Positions 30,006 through 40,472 of a stretch of 64,000 bases of DNA are shown piece by piece. The position numbers were made by a program, and so were the translations under genes. This DNA is from Longimicrobiales bacterium (GTDB lineage: Bacteria; Gemmatimonadota; Gemmatimonadetes; Longimicrobiales; Gaopeijiaceae): contig CBDCKN010000009.1 in NCBI GenBank assembly GCA_965218295.1, forward strand, positions 160,001-224,000. Reading direction: 5' to 3'. Each line of letters opens with the position of its first letter. Position 1 is the first letter of the stretch. The notes below the pieces were generated by a model. It saw nothing but the letters and a program-made list of their open reading frames with translations, did not search any database and was not told where the DNA came from.

Positions 30006-32067
30006 CGGCCGCATCCGCCTTCATCCGGGCCAGCACGGCCACGCCTTCGGCCATGCGCTTCTCCCAGGGATCCGGCGAGGTGATCGCCGGCAGCCGGCCG
30101 CGCTCCTGCTTGAACCTCAGGGCCCGCCTCGCGAGGTCCCGGGCCTCGTCGGGTGTGATGCTGACCTTCTTCGCCGTGATCACGGCGGCCACCTGCCTCA
30201 GGCTCTCTTCGTTCATCGTCTTCGCGAGGATCGTGTAGGCTTCGCCGAAGGGATTGATGCGGTCGATCAGGTCGATGTCGAGATCCCGCACATCCATCAC
30301 GAACCGCCGCACACCGTCGATCAGCGCCGTGTTCCCGCCATTCTCCTCCTCTTCGCCCTCTCCGTCATCGCGCCCCGCCAAGGCGATCTGCTTCGCCTTC
30401 TGAGTCAGGTTCAGCGCGGCGACCGCGTGCTCGCGGACGGCTTCCTGGTCCCCTTCGTCGAGCTCCGGGAACTTCTCCTTGATGATCTTTCCCATCCGCA
30501 CCTGGGTTAGCTCCTCGGGCACGAGCTCCTCATCGAAAAGCCCGCGTTCGACGGCGACCTTGTCCTGCATGAAGGCGGAGATCACCTCGGTCAGGTCTTC
30601 CCGGCAGATGCGAGCGGCCGCCTCGCTCTTCGGCTCTGCCAGCCCCTTGATCTCGACGGTGACCTCACCGGTCTCTTCGTTGACCCCCACATTGCACTGC
30701 TCGGGGTCGTAGCCCTCCTCGCCGTAGTCGAGCCCTTCCACCGGCCCGCTCGCCTCCGTCTTCGACGTGAAGTTGAAGCGCGGAGCGAGCACCTGCTCCA
30801 TGAGGAGGCTCGCCGCGATGGCCTTGAGCGTGTCATTTACGGCCTCGGCGACGGCCTCCTCAGAGGCATCCGGCTCCGCGATGAGATTCGTGAAGCGAGC
30901 CCGGGTCTTCCCCGGGGCGTCGCGCGTGGCGCGGCCGATGATCTGCACGATCTCCGTCAGGCTCGACCGGTAGCCGACAGTCAGCGCGTGATCGCACCAG
31001 ACCCAGTCGAAGCCTTCCTTCGCCATCCCGAGGGCGATGATGATGTCCACGTGGTCCCGGCTGTCCTTTTGCCGGGGATCCCTGAGTGCGGCGGCGACCC
31101 GGTCCCGCCGAGCGGGGTTATCATCGACGAGGTCGGCGATCCGGAGCACGCGGCCGTCGGAGGTCTCCACCAACTGGAACCCGGTTTCGGGATTCGCCCC
31201 CTTCCACTCGCCCAGCTCCTCGAGGATGTGCTCGACCTCCCGGATCTTGTCTTTCGTGCTCTCCCGTGAATTCACGCTAGGGATGTGGACGATCGTCTTC
31301 TCGCCCGGGTTGAGAACCTTCAGGATGTCGTCTGCGTAACTCCCCGTGTAGAAGAAGTAGCCGATGTCGAGCCGCTTCAGATGCTCGTAGCCGTTCAGCT
31401 GCTCGTAGTACGTGTAGGTGACGGTCGCGAACCTCGCCTCGTCCTCGGGCATCAGTACGGGCTCCGCATCGCCCCGAAAGTAGGAGCCCGTCATCGCCAC
31501 GATGTGGGCCTTGTCACGTGCCATGAACTGGCCGACGTGCACCCCGAGCCTGTTGTCTGGATTGGCGGAGGCGTGATGGAACTCGTCCACCGCGATGAGT
31601 CGGTCGTCGAAGGCCTCCACGCCGAACCGGTCAACGGCGAACCGGAAGGTCGCGTGCGTGCAGACGAGCACCCGGTCGCCGCTGCCCAGAAACGCCTTCA
31701 GCGCCTTGACCTTGCCTCCGTCCGTCCCGGGCGCGCTGCAGAGGTTCCACTTCGGCCGGACCGTCCAGTCGGCCCAGAAGCCGAAGCGGCTGAGCGCCAC
31801 GTCCGCGAAGCTCGCGCCGATCGTCTTCTCGGGGACGACGATGACCGCCTGTCGCAGGCCCTGGTTGGCGAGTTTGTCGAGCGCGATGAACATGAGCGCC
31901 CGGCTCTTCCCCGAGGCCGGCGGCGATTTGATCAGAAGATACTGCTCCCCCCGCTTCTCCCAGGCCCTCTCCTGCATCGGGCGCATCCCGAGCTCGTTGG
32001 ACCGGATGGTGCGTCCCGTCTGGGCATAGTTGACGGAGACCGAGGGGATGCTCTTAGCGCTGGTCAT
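29998..32067 (-). CDS. yeeB: YeeB-like DEAD/DEAH helicase
   Basis: SPPASGKS, VDEFHH, MTGSYFRGD and QIIGRATRD. Confidence 0.9.
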   Translation of the reverse strand: MTSAKSIPSVSVNYAQTGRTIRSNELGMRPMQERAWEKRGEQYLLIKSPPASGKSRALMFIALDKLANQGLRQAVIVVPEKTIGASFADVALSRFGFWADWTVRPKWNLCSAPGTDGGKVKALKAFLGSGDRVLVCTHATFRFAVDRFGVEAFDDRLIAVDEFHHASANPDNRLGVHVGQFMARDKAHIVAMTGSYFRGDAEPVLMPEDEARFATVTYTYYEQLNGYEHLKRLDIGYFFYTGSYADDILKVLNPGEKTIVHIPSVNSRESTKDKIREVEHILEELGEWKGANPETGFQLVETSDGRVLRIADLVDDNPARRDRVAAALRDPRQKDSRDHVDIIIALGMAKEGFDWVWCDHALTVGYRSSLTEIVQIIGRATRDAPGKTRARFTNLIAEPDASEEAVAEAVNDTLKAIAASLLMEQVLAPRFNFTSKTEASGPVEGLDYGEEGYDPEQCNVGVNEETGEVTVEIKGLAEPKSEAAARICREDLTEVISAFMQDKVAVERGLFDEELVPEELTQVRMGKIIKEKFPELDEGDQEAVREHAVAALNLTQKAKQIALAGRDDGEGEEEENGGNTALIDGVRRFVMDVRDLDIDLIDRINPFGEAYTILAKTMNEESLRQVAAVITAKKVSITPDEARDLARRALRFKQERGRLPAITSPDPWEKRMAEGVAVLARMKADAADD

Positions 32068-32225
32068 TCGAACAGTTCAGTATGGGTGCCGACACGGACA
32101 AAGTTGATCGAACCGCCCAGGCCGAGCGAATCATCAACTTGGTAAATCAGGAGAAAGTCCCCGCCGACATGGCATTCCCGGTGATTCGCCCATGCGCCTT
32201 TCAGCGCGTGATCCCTCCGTTCGGG
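32064..32225 (-). pseudogene. yafQ: YafQ toxin C-terminal half
   Basis: DHALKGAW..HRECHV.GDFLLIY...RVGTHTELF. Confidence 0.85.
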
Positions 32226-32898
32226 ACCAGCAGCGCCGCTTTGTCCCGCTCCAGCCCTGCCTTCACATAGATCCCGTCCGCCCACACGTAGACGACCTCA
32301 CGACCCTCCAGGCGACGCTGGCTCCATTCCTCGAACTCCGCCGTCCATCCCGCCCGCAGCCGCCGAATCGAAGACTTCGACAGCGGTGCCCCCTCGCCCA
32401 GCAGGCCCCGCATCGCCAACTCGAAGTCTCCCTCCGCCAGTCCGTGCAGATACAGCTCCGGAAGCAGAGCGCCCAGCTCCTTCGTCCGCCTCGCGAACAA
32501 CGGCAGCACGCGGCTCTCGAACCGCTCCTCAAGGCCTCGAACTCGAGGGCGTCGGAGTGTGATCGTGCCCGAGCTCATCGCCAGCCGCCTCGGCTTGCCG
32601 TATCCGTTGCGGTAGCCCTCGGTCGCGTCCACCACCCTCCTGCGCTCTGACTTCTCTCGCCCTAGCAACTCCGTGACTTCCTCCTCCAAGATCTGTTGAA
32701 TGAACTCCTGCGCCTTCTCCCGAACCACTTCTTCCAGAACTTCCCACACGGGCGTCCTGGACTCACCCTCGGGTCCCACCGTATTCTTCCTCACGAGGCG
32801 TCGTTCCTTTCCCCCGGGCTGTCACCCGGAGTTCGCTGGTTATTACTCAGCGGAAAGGTACGTCGCCTCTCTTTTTACACACCCTTTGATCCTAGCTC
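32226..32898 (-). mobile_element. IS256 copy C, left half only
   Basis: Matches the left end of copy B. Breaks after DKAALLV. Confidence 0.93.
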
Positions 32899-33061
32899 CG
32901 AGGGGGCGGACGCGGTCATGCAACTGGTGACGTCGACGGACATCGAGGCCGGCCAGTTCTTCAACGGCCTGCGCCCTGGGCGCGCGAACGGTCAGGCGTA
33001 CGACCGGGAAGCTCGCGCGAGGCTCAAGCGGTTGAGTGAGAGGCTGACCGGGGCGTGGTGA
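32899..33061 (+). pseudogene. C-terminal fragment of a short-chain dehydrogenase
   Basis: EGADAVMQLVTS..GQFFNG...QAYDREARARLKRLSERLTG. Confidence 0.65.
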
Positions 33062-33163
33062 GCGCCACCGTCTCTCTTCGATAGGACAACAAGACGCACC
33101 TCGCCGTTATTGATGGTGTTGGGCATCCAATTGAGGACGGATAGCACATCGAGAAATAGGAGA

Positions 33164-34411
33164 TCAAGAAAACGAAAACGCTTGGGCCGGGGCAGGGAGA
33201 AGGCCGCGCGCAATCGTGCCAGAGCCGACGAGCAAAAGAGCGATGATCCAAAACGTGGCGTGGAAGCCCAGCCAATCTGTCAGCAGGCCCGCCACCAATC
33301 CGCCGACGACGTAGCCAAGGTCGCGCCATAACCGGTACCGGCCAACAGCGCTCGCACGGGATTCAGGGTCTACCAAGTCGCCCACCTGCGCTATGAGGGT
33401 CGGGTACACGGCAGCCGTGCCGACGCCCAGGATCACGCCCGCAGCGGCCCACTGCGCAAACCCGTGCAGACTCGCGAAGCCGACCAGGCCAAGCGCCTGA
33501 AACAGCAGCCCGCCGACGATCAGCGAGCGGCGTCCGAATCGGTCTGAGAGCGGGCCGGTGCCGAGCTGCACCACGCCCCAAACCGCGGGGTACATCGCGG
33601 TCAGCCAGCCGATTTGCCGCAAATCGAGCCCCTGTGACGCGAAGTAGATTGGTAAGAGTCCCCACGCCACACCCTCCTTGAGGTTATTGACGAGTCCCGC
33701 CTGGTTCGCCGCCCACAGGGGCAGGCGAGCCCAGCGGTTGTGGCGGAACCGCACTCGATGGGAAGGAAGATCAGTGGCGTTCGAGGACCCGGCGGCCACC
33801 AACGCGCGCTCCAGCTCTACGTGTGCCTCGGTATCCCGCGCCCCCGCCAGGGTCACCCCGAACCCGAGCACGGCGGCCCCCAACGCAATGAGATAGGGGG
33901 CGGGGCGCGGACCGTAGGCGGCCGCGAGGTACCCCGCGCCCAACGCCGCGCTCGCGACGGCCAGATATCCGGCGCATTCGTTCAACCCTATCACGAGGCC
34001 GCGGCGCCCTGGCCCCACGAGGTCCATCTTCATGATCTGTGTCACAGACCATGCGAGGCCCTGGTTGATTCCGAGGAGCAGGTTGGCGAACCCGATCCAG
34101 CTCCACGCTGGAGCCCACATGAGCAGCAGGGGGACCGGAATACCGAAACCCCACGCGACCAAGAGAATGCGTCGCCGTCCGATGCGACTGGCAAGGTCGC
34201 CGGCAATGAAATTCGCGACCGCCTTGGCGAAGCCAAACGCGACCAGAAAGCTGAGCGTGACCGTCACCGAAGCAATGCCAAACTCTGACGTGGCAAGCAG
34301 CGGAAGGACCGAGCGCTCGACTCCAAGTACCGCGCCGATGAAAACAACGATGAGCAGAAGCAGTGCGACTTGCGATCCATTTGCGCGCACCCCCAGCTGG
34401 ACACTCGCCAT
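33164..34411 (-). CDS. MFS transporter
   Basis: About 12 TM segments. GDLASRIGRR and GPLSDRFGRR motif A. Confidence 0.92.
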   Translation of the reverse strand: MASVQLGVRANGSQVALLLLIVVFIGAVLGVERSVLPLLATSEFGIASVTVTLSFLVAFGFAKAVANFIAGDLASRIGRRRILLVAWGFGIPVPLLLMWAPAWSWIGFANLLLGINQGLAWSVTQIMKMDLVGPGRRGLVIGLNECAGYLAVASAALGAGYLAAAYGPRPAPYLIALGAAVLGFGVTLAGARDTEAHVELERALVAAGSSNATDLPSHRVRFRHNRWARLPLWAANQAGLVNNLKEGVAWGLLPIYFASQGLDLRQIGWLTAMYPAVWGVVQLGTGPLSDRFGRRSLIVGGLLFQALGLVGFASLHGFAQWAAAGVILGVGTAAVYPTLIAQVGDLVDPESRASAVGRYRLWRDLGYVVGGLVAGLLTDWLGFHATFWIIALLLVGSGTIARGLLPAPAQAFSFS

Positions 34412-34804
34412 GCACCGTCTCCTTGTCTAGCAACTCCGAACTCACGGTCTCCGAGCACGACGTCCGGCACCCGACCTGGGAGATCCTCAACGCTGTTGGC
34501 TGCGCCTTAGCGGTCCGTTCCGGAGACGGCGAGCACCTCAGCGGTCAGCACTAGACACGGCTGCTGCTCCTGGTGGGAGGTTGGGAGGAAGATGTGGGTG
34601 GGGGGACTGGGGGAGCAAGGAGAAATGAGGTTTGTCCTGGCACTGGTCCTTCTCGGCCGAATCAGCTCCGGGCCCAGGCCCGCGACTACGATTCCGCCCG
34701 CCCGTTCGGCGCCCTCCGTGAACAGGCCCGGGTCCAGCAGTTATGGTTGGAGGAAACTACCAGAGTGGCGTGCCCGGTGCGCATGGCCCTGGAAGAGGAG
34801 GCCT

Positions 34805-35017
34805 CTAGTCGTCGTCCTCGACCCGAACCTCGTCGCACCGGCAGCGGCCGCACCAGCATCCGCAGTGGCGACAGCCGCAGCGCCAGCGACCCCGACAGGA
34901 GAAGAACCACCAGAGGGCGAGGCCGATGAGGAGCAGTTGTAGGCCCCCGCCTCTTGCCATCCCCTGCCAGAAAGCGACGACAACGTTGAAATACAGGGCT
35001 AGCGCATCGGCGATCAT
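34805..35017 (-). CDS. Small membrane protein with an 8-Cys tail
   Basis: GGAGG RBS, hydrophobic helix, then CRGRWRCGCRHCGCWCGRCRC. Confidence 0.6.
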   Translation of the reverse strand: MIADALALYFNVVVAFWQGMARGGGLQLLLIGLALWWFFSCRGRWRCGCRHCGCWCGRCRCDEVRVEDDD

Positions 35018-35204
35018 GTATCATCCTCCAGAGGCCGTTCGAACACGGTCAGCTGCACATCCTTAGACGACGGACGGGCCTGGATGGTTGCGACGGGCCC
35101 GGGGGGTTGGCGCCCGCCCTTGGCCGACCCCGCAGTTGAATCTCGGTTCATCGGGCCGGATGGGACGCTGCGACGGGAGTGAGGTTGGCGACAGTCCGAC
35201 AGCG

Positions 35205-35435
35205 TCAGGAGCCGTGGTCGCCTTCCGCCGACGGCTTCGACGACCACTTGTATGCCTTGTACGCCCCGTATCCGACAGCTCCGATCGCCAGCACCGCCGG
35301 AATCCACCCCAGAATGTTCAGGACGATGGCTCCTGCGATTACGACCGCGCCGCCCTGTAGCCAGCCCACGAGCTGACCCCTATGTCGGGCGCGGACGACA
35401 TCCTTCTCGGTATACACCCTTGCGGGCAGGCTCAT
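35205..35435 (-). CDS. Small two-TM hypothetical protein
   Basis: Hydrophobic hairpin with basic flanks. Confidence 0.6.
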   Translation of the reverse strand: MSLPARVYTEKDVVRARHRGQLVGWLQGGAVVIAGAIVLNILGWIPAVLAIGAVGYGAYKAYKWSSKPSAEGDHGS

Positions 35436-35714
35436 CTCGACCTTCGGATCGGTTGGTACTCGCCGAATGGCGCGCCGGAACGTAGCTGCCGACCATCGTG
35501 ACGATCACGACCAGACTCGTGATACCCAGAAAGCACGAGTGGGTCCCGGCCGTCGACGTTCACCATCACACGTGGGAGGAAGCCGAAGAGATCGCTGCGA
35601 TCTCGGACAGCCTCTTGCTCCCCGCCGGGACGGGTGACTTCATCGAGAAGCACCGGGTGGACAGCGCGCCCGGAGAACCTATCGACGCATCATGACGACA
35701 AACGGTGAGGCGTA

Positions 35715-37103
35715 TCAGCGGGCCAAGGGGAACCTTGACAGACGGGCCCTGATCGCCTCCGACTTGAAGGGGCCGATCTCCGTCTCCGCGGTCAAGGCTC
35801 TAGACAAGAGCTCCCTTCCCCGGTCGGCGTGCCCCGCATCCAACGCGACGAGCCCGGAAAGATAGTCCACGTCGGGCTCTGGCCGGACCCAGGTCTGCGC
35901 GGCCTCGATCCACATCCACGCGCCCCCCATCCGGCCCATGCGGCTGAGGACCCAGCCGAGGACCGCGTATGTCTCGGACGTCTGGCGGATCGCCAGATCC
36001 CGTCTCGCGTATCGAAGGGCCTGGTCCAAAGTCTCGTCTTCTCGACCGAGGACCAAGGCCAAGGAGCGTAGGTGGAGTGTCTCCGTCGACGCATCCTTCT
36101 GCGCGGCAGCGAGAAACCGCTTTCGGTAGCTCAGAGCTCTTTCGCTCCAGCCGGCGCCCTCCGCCATCTCGATCAGGCGCACGTAGAGGTCCAGGTGTGC
36201 TCCATTCTCCAGGGCTCTGAGAAAGAGGGCCTCCGCCGCCCGTGGGTCCCGATCCGAGCCCAGCGCCACCTGGGCCAGCCCCTCGATCGCGGCGGGGTTA
36301 CCGGGCATGAGCTCCAGCGCCTCCCGATAGCGCGAGACTGCTCGATGCGGTCGTCCGCTATGATGCTCGAGGTGCCCGAGCTCGACGAGGCACCACGCCA
36401 CGATCGCGGGCGGTTGGGCATATGAGCGCGCCACCGCCAGGGCGGCCTCCATACCGTCTCGAGCGCCCGCCACGTCGCCGAGTCGATCCTGGAGCCGGAC
36501 GGCGCGCATCCGGTAGGCGAAGGAGTCACGGTTGAAAGGAAGACTGAGCAGGTCGCGGGCCCACTCGTACCGCCCCGTCGCGAGATAGGCGTCGAAGAGG
36601 CGAAGCCGCGCACCCGCGTCGTCGGGGCCACCGACCTGGACCGAGCGCTCGGCGGCCTGGACCGCACCGGAGAAGTCATGCCGGGACAGCCTCGCCGAGG
36701 CCACGGTCGCCCACAGGCTCGACGACGCCGGGTACCGATCCGTGAGTGTCTCCAGATGCTTCTCCGCACGTGCCAGATCGGCCTCCCTCGCGTAGGTCTG
36801 GAACCGGAGGAGGCTCGCGGATACGAGGCGCCGGACGGCGAGCACATCCTCTGGCCCCCGCTCCTCGAGCCTCCTCCCAAAGAAGTCCAGATCGTCGCTC
36901 ATCGTCAGCCGATCGGGTACGTCACTCGAGAGGGCTTGGGCCAGGACCTCGGGGGTCACCGACCGATCGGACTCGGCCGACGGATGTCGTGGCATGGAGG
37001 ACAGCCACACCGCCGCCCCGATCACGAGTGTGGCGCCCGTCAGCCACGCGTGACCCGCGGTCTGCCTCCCGAGCACATTGCCACCGCTCCTCGAGATTTT
37101 CAT
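35715..37103 (-). CDS. TPR-repeat protein of the DUF4331 cluster
   Basis: N-terminal TM segment and repeated TPR helices (YREALELMPGNPAAIEGLAQV). Confidence 0.8.
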   Translation of the reverse strand: MKISRSGGNVLGRQTAGHAWLTGATLVIGAAVWLSSMPRHPSAESDRSVTPEVLAQALSSDVPDRLTMSDDLDFFGRRLEERGPEDVLAVRRLVSASLLRFQTYAREADLARAEKHLETLTDRYPASSSLWATVASARLSRHDFSGAVQAAERSVQVGGPDDAGARLRLFDAYLATGRYEWARDLLSLPFNRDSFAYRMRAVRLQDRLGDVAGARDGMEAALAVARSYAQPPAIVAWCLVELGHLEHHSGRPHRAVSRYREALELMPGNPAAIEGLAQVALGSDRDPRAAEALFLRALENGAHLDLYVRLIEMAEGAGWSERALSYRKRFLAAAQKDASTETLHLRSLALVLGREDETLDQALRYARRDLAIRQTSETYAVLGWVLSRMGRMGGAWMWIEAAQTWVRPEPDVDYLSGLVALDAGHADRGRELLSRALTAETEIGPFKSEAIRARLSRFPLAR

Positions 37104-37127
37104 GAATCCAGCCCTTGGTCATTCATG

Positions 37128-37949
37128 TCAGTTGTTCGGCTCAGCCAGGTATGGGAACGAAGTGAGAAACGGCACATCGTTCTCGTCCACGTTGTCGCTT
37201 TGCAGGGCCGTGATGCCCACGACTACCTGGAGTGCCACGTCCGTACCGTCGTCGGCCGGCTTCCTCCCGGTGAGCTCCGGGAAGTTCGAAACCACCGCCC
37301 CTAGGCTGACCGGAAGCTCGTCGGGAAGGAGCAGGGCCGCCGTCGCAACCGGATCGGCGTTCGCCACTGCCCCGAGCACCGTCTCGAAGAGCCCGGTGTA
37401 GGCGGCTAGGTCACCGTCGGGACCGGCCGTGTTGTAGGCGGTCTTGCTGAACGCGGGAGGGTGGTTGAAGACGGTGTTCAAGGCCGGAATGCCCATCCGG
37501 TCGACCTGTCGGAACCGGAAGATCGAGCCCGTGCCGGTAAGGTTGATGTTCACTGTGGGCTCGTCCGGGTCGTCGCTCGTGATCAGGAGCGTCGCTCCCT
37601 TGGCACCCTCGGAAGCCGGATCGAAGAAGACGACGATGTCCTGGCTGGCACCGGCGACCAGAAGGGCGGCGCCACCGCCGCTCTCCAGTCCGAACTCGCC
37701 CGCGTCTGTACCGGTCAGCGACACGGAGTGGATCTGGAGGTCTCCGCTACCGAAGTTCGACACCGTAACCGTCTGTTGCACGCTAGCCCCGAAGTTCAGA
37801 TCGATCTCACCCAAGTCCAGCGCCGGCACGCTCACTCCGATGTCGGTGAAGGGCTCGGGACCCGACGGGTCGTCGTCGTCGCAGCCCACGGCCAGTGCGG
37901 CGATCAGCAGCCAGGCGGAGACGCGACGTACAATGGTTGGGTCGATCAT
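37128..37949 (-). CDS. Lipoprotein with an ASH/choice-of-anchor-D Ig domain and a DUF4331-like C-terminus
   Basis: Lipobox AVGC, QVDRMGIPALNTVF, GRKPADD and FPYLAEPN. Confidence 0.75.
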   Translation of the reverse strand: MIDPTIVRRVSAWLLIAALAVGCDDDDPSGPEPFTDIGVSVPALDLGEIDLNFGASVQQTVTVSNFGSGDLQIHSVSLTGTDAGEFGLESGGGAALLVAGASQDIVVFFDPASEGAKGATLLITSDDPDEPTVNINLTGTGSIFRFRQVDRMGIPALNTVFNHPPAFSKTAYNTAGPDGDLAAYTGLFETVLGAVANADPVATAALLLPDELPVSLGAVVSNFPELTGRKPADDGTDVALQVVVGITALQSDNVDENDVPFLTSFPYLAEPNN

Positions 37950-38008
37950 GATCTCACCTCTCTCGTTGATTGGTCTTGTCAGTGGATTCTGGTACATGGC
38001 TCGCCCCC

Positions 38009-38677
38009 TCATTGGCGGATGCTGGTGGTTGCCCATGCGAAGAACGTGTCCGAGAGTCCGATTCCCAGTGCTCCGGCCACCATCGACTTGGGCATCTCCA
38101 CGACGATCGCCAGGACGTTCAGCCCCGCGAGGTCGTCCATGGCGGGGTCCGCGAACGAGAGCGTCTGCTCGTCGGCGCTTCCGACCAGCTCGCCCAGAAC
38201 GCCGGAGAACACAGCATTGAGAACGCTCGTGAGGCTTTTGTCGCCGAACAGATCGATGAAGAAGGGGTCGTCACGCGGCCCCGCGAGCATGTTGTCGGCG
38301 GTTCCGGTCACTGGGGCCGGGACGGGGCCTCGCACGTCGACCATCTGGCCCGTGCCCTCTCCCGAGACCAGGATCTGGATCACCGCGTCCTCGATTCCGT
38401 CGCGCTCCCGGTCGAGCTTGAACTGGTACAGACCGTTCGGGTTGAAGGCGGCGCCCGAGGTGGACTCACCCGGCGTGAGCAGTGGGCTTACGGTCATCGC
38501 GAAGACAACGTTGTCCCCTTGGTTGAAGACGTAGAGGTCGTTTACGTCGAGATTGCCCTCGGAGGTGTCGGGTGAGTCGGCGTGGTCCGCCGCCCGGATC
38601 ACCAGGTGTCCGGCGAGCAACCCTACGACCGCAAGAGCGGTCACGAGGACCCGGTGTCGATTTTCAGATTTGGTCAT
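38009..38677 (-). CDS. DUF4331-domain secreted protein
   Basis: AADHADSP, D.NDLYVF, GPRDDPFF and NVLAIVVE.P. Confidence 0.82.
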   Translation of the reverse strand: MTKSENRHRVLVTALAVVGLLAGHLVIRAADHADSPDTSEGNLDVNDLYVFNQGDNVVFAMTVSPLLTPGESTSGAAFNPNGLYQFKLDRERDGIEDAVIQILVSGEGTGQMVDVRGPVPAPVTGTADNMLAGPRDDPFFIDLFGDKSLTSVLNAVFSGVLGELVGSADEQTLSFADPAMDDLAGLNVLAIVVEMPKSMVAGALGIGLSDTFFAWATTSIRQ

Positions 38678-38735
38678 TTTGATCCAACCCTTTCCATGCG
38701 AAGAACGAAAAACGGGCGCGAGACTTCATCGTCTC

Positions 38736-38762
38736 TACGCCCGTCGCCGCGGGTCGGATTGG
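38736..38762 (-). promoter_or_regulatory. Candidate SigK-type ECF promoter CCAATCC-N16-CGTA
   Basis: Lies between rskA and the DUF4331 operon and resembles SigK-group consensus. Confidence 0.5.
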
Positions 38763-38816
38763 TCTGGTGTGTGGAGGGAGCTCGGGGAGTCGCGGGATCG
38801 CCGCCCCGTCCTCAGA

Positions 38817-39596
38817 TCAAGGCGCTGTGGACCAGGCGCCGACCAGGAACGGTGTGGAGGTCGGCTGGGGCGATCCGCCGGCCGGCTCCTCGGTGACGGC
38901 CCCGAGCTCGAACTCGAAGCCTTCCGGCACCGGGCGTCGGAAGATCGCCGTCCCGTTGGTCCTCATCTGGAAGGTGCCGAGGCTCACCGGGTCGAGGCCG
39001 GTCACGATCCCCCAGAGCTGATAGGTGCGGCCGGGCGCGGCCGGCGGTAGGTCGAACGCCGCCACCACCACCGAGCTGATTGTGGTGTTCCAGAACAGCC
39101 GGGCCGACGGGGGTCGACCGGTGGCCGCCAGCGTCGCCGTTCGCACGTCGGGCCCGAGGAACGTCGCGAGGAGGGAATCGCGGGCTTCGAGATCGGATGC
39201 CACCCGGTCGTAGGCGACCCGCAGCGTGGCGTTCTCCGTTCGCATGCGCTGATAGGCCGTCCCGAGACCCAGACTGACGACGACTCCGGCGGCCGCGAGC
39301 AGCCAGGGGAGCGCCGTCCCCCACCCCTTCGATCCCCCCGGGCCCTGCGGCGCAGGCGATGGCGGTGACGCCGATCGGCCTCGGGCCTCGACCAGGATGC
39401 GCTCCTTCAGAGCCGCGGGCGGCTCGCGGGCGGGCGTCGCCCCGGCAAGAGCGCCCATGACTTCCCGATAGGACTCTACATCGCGCTCGAGCTCGGGATC
39501 TGAGGCGAGGCGCTGCTCGAACGAGGCCAGCTCCTCGGGATCCAACGAGCCCAGGACGTAGGCCGCGGTCATCTCCGTCCAATCCCTCGGGCTCAC
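38817..39596 (-). CDS. rskA: Anti-sigma-K factor RskA family
   Basis: AAYVLGSL, TM segment, YQLW and AVTEEPAGGSPQPT. Confidence 0.9.
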   Translation of the reverse strand: MSPRDWTEMTAAYVLGSLDPEELASFEQRLASDPELERDVESYREVMGALAGATPAREPPAALKERILVEARGRSASPPSPAPQGPGGSKGWGTALPWLLAAAGVVVSLGLGTAYQRMRTENATLRVAYDRVASDLEARDSLLATFLGPDVRTATLAATGRPPSARLFWNTTISSVVVAAFDLPPAAPGRTYQLWGIVTGLDPVSLGTFQMRTNGTAIFRRPVPEGFEFELGAVTEEPAGGSPQPTSTPFLVGAWSTAP

Positions 39597-40199
39597 GATT
39601 CCACCTCCGGGGCGTGGGGGGAGAGAGCCTCACGGAGCTTCTGCATTCCAGTGCGCACACGCGTCTTCACAGTACCCAGCGGCTCCGAGAGTCGAGCCGC
39701 GATCTCGGTCTGGCTTGTAGCCGCCGAAGTAGGCGAGCAAGATGACCTCCCTCTGGGACTCCGGCAGCGCGTCGAGCGCCCGGCGCACGACGGCACCCGT
39801 TTCGCGGAGCTCGACCGCGCGATCCGGGGCCGGATCTGGAGCCGACAGGGCGACCGCCAGCCCGCTCTCGTTCCGGGCGGCAGCCCGGTCCTCCGCAGCG
39901 CCACGCCGCCGCCGGGCCCGCACCACGTCGAGCGCCCGGCTTCTGGTCACGACGGCGAGAAACGCTCCGACGGAGGCCCGACCCCGATCGTACTGGGGGG
40001 CCCCGCGCCAGATCTGCAGGAACGCGTCGGCCACGACCTCCTCCGCGTCCGCCGGCTCAGAGACTATGGATCTGGCGAGCGAGTACATCACCGCACCGTG
40101 GCGATCGTAGAGCTCGCCCAGGGCCCGATCGTCTCCCCCTCGGATCCGCTCCATCAAGTCGAGATCCGTCCGACCCGCGTTCAACGCGCTAGTCGACAT
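39593..40199 (-). pseudogene. sigK: SigK-like ECF sigma factor with a +1 frameshift at about 39715
   Basis: ALGELYDRH..AEEVVADAF..W, then LAYFGGY / SQTEIA..PLGTVKTRVR in the next frame. Confidence 0.85.
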
Positions 40200-40472
40200 G
40201 GCTCGCTGGAAGCTGCAGGCACCATCTGCGGACCCTCCGTCCAGACACCAGGCCGTGCCGGAAGCGCGCGGCGGTCTCTCGGTAGGCCGGTCCCAGGCCG
40301 GAACGAGTGTGTGACGCTGGGTCCCGAGCTCGGCTCCCCACAATGTCTCGGCCGCCTCGGAAAATGCAAGCGCCAGGTCCATGGCCCCCTCCACGAAAAG
40401 CTCGCTGGTGCGGTGTGCCCCGCCAATGGGATACGGCCATCGACGGACATTGGATTGGGGAGGTGACCCGAG

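Noticed and set aside
34573..34615. G-rich tract, possible G-quadruplex
   Set aside because: Single occurrence in a GC-rich genome with no supporting context.
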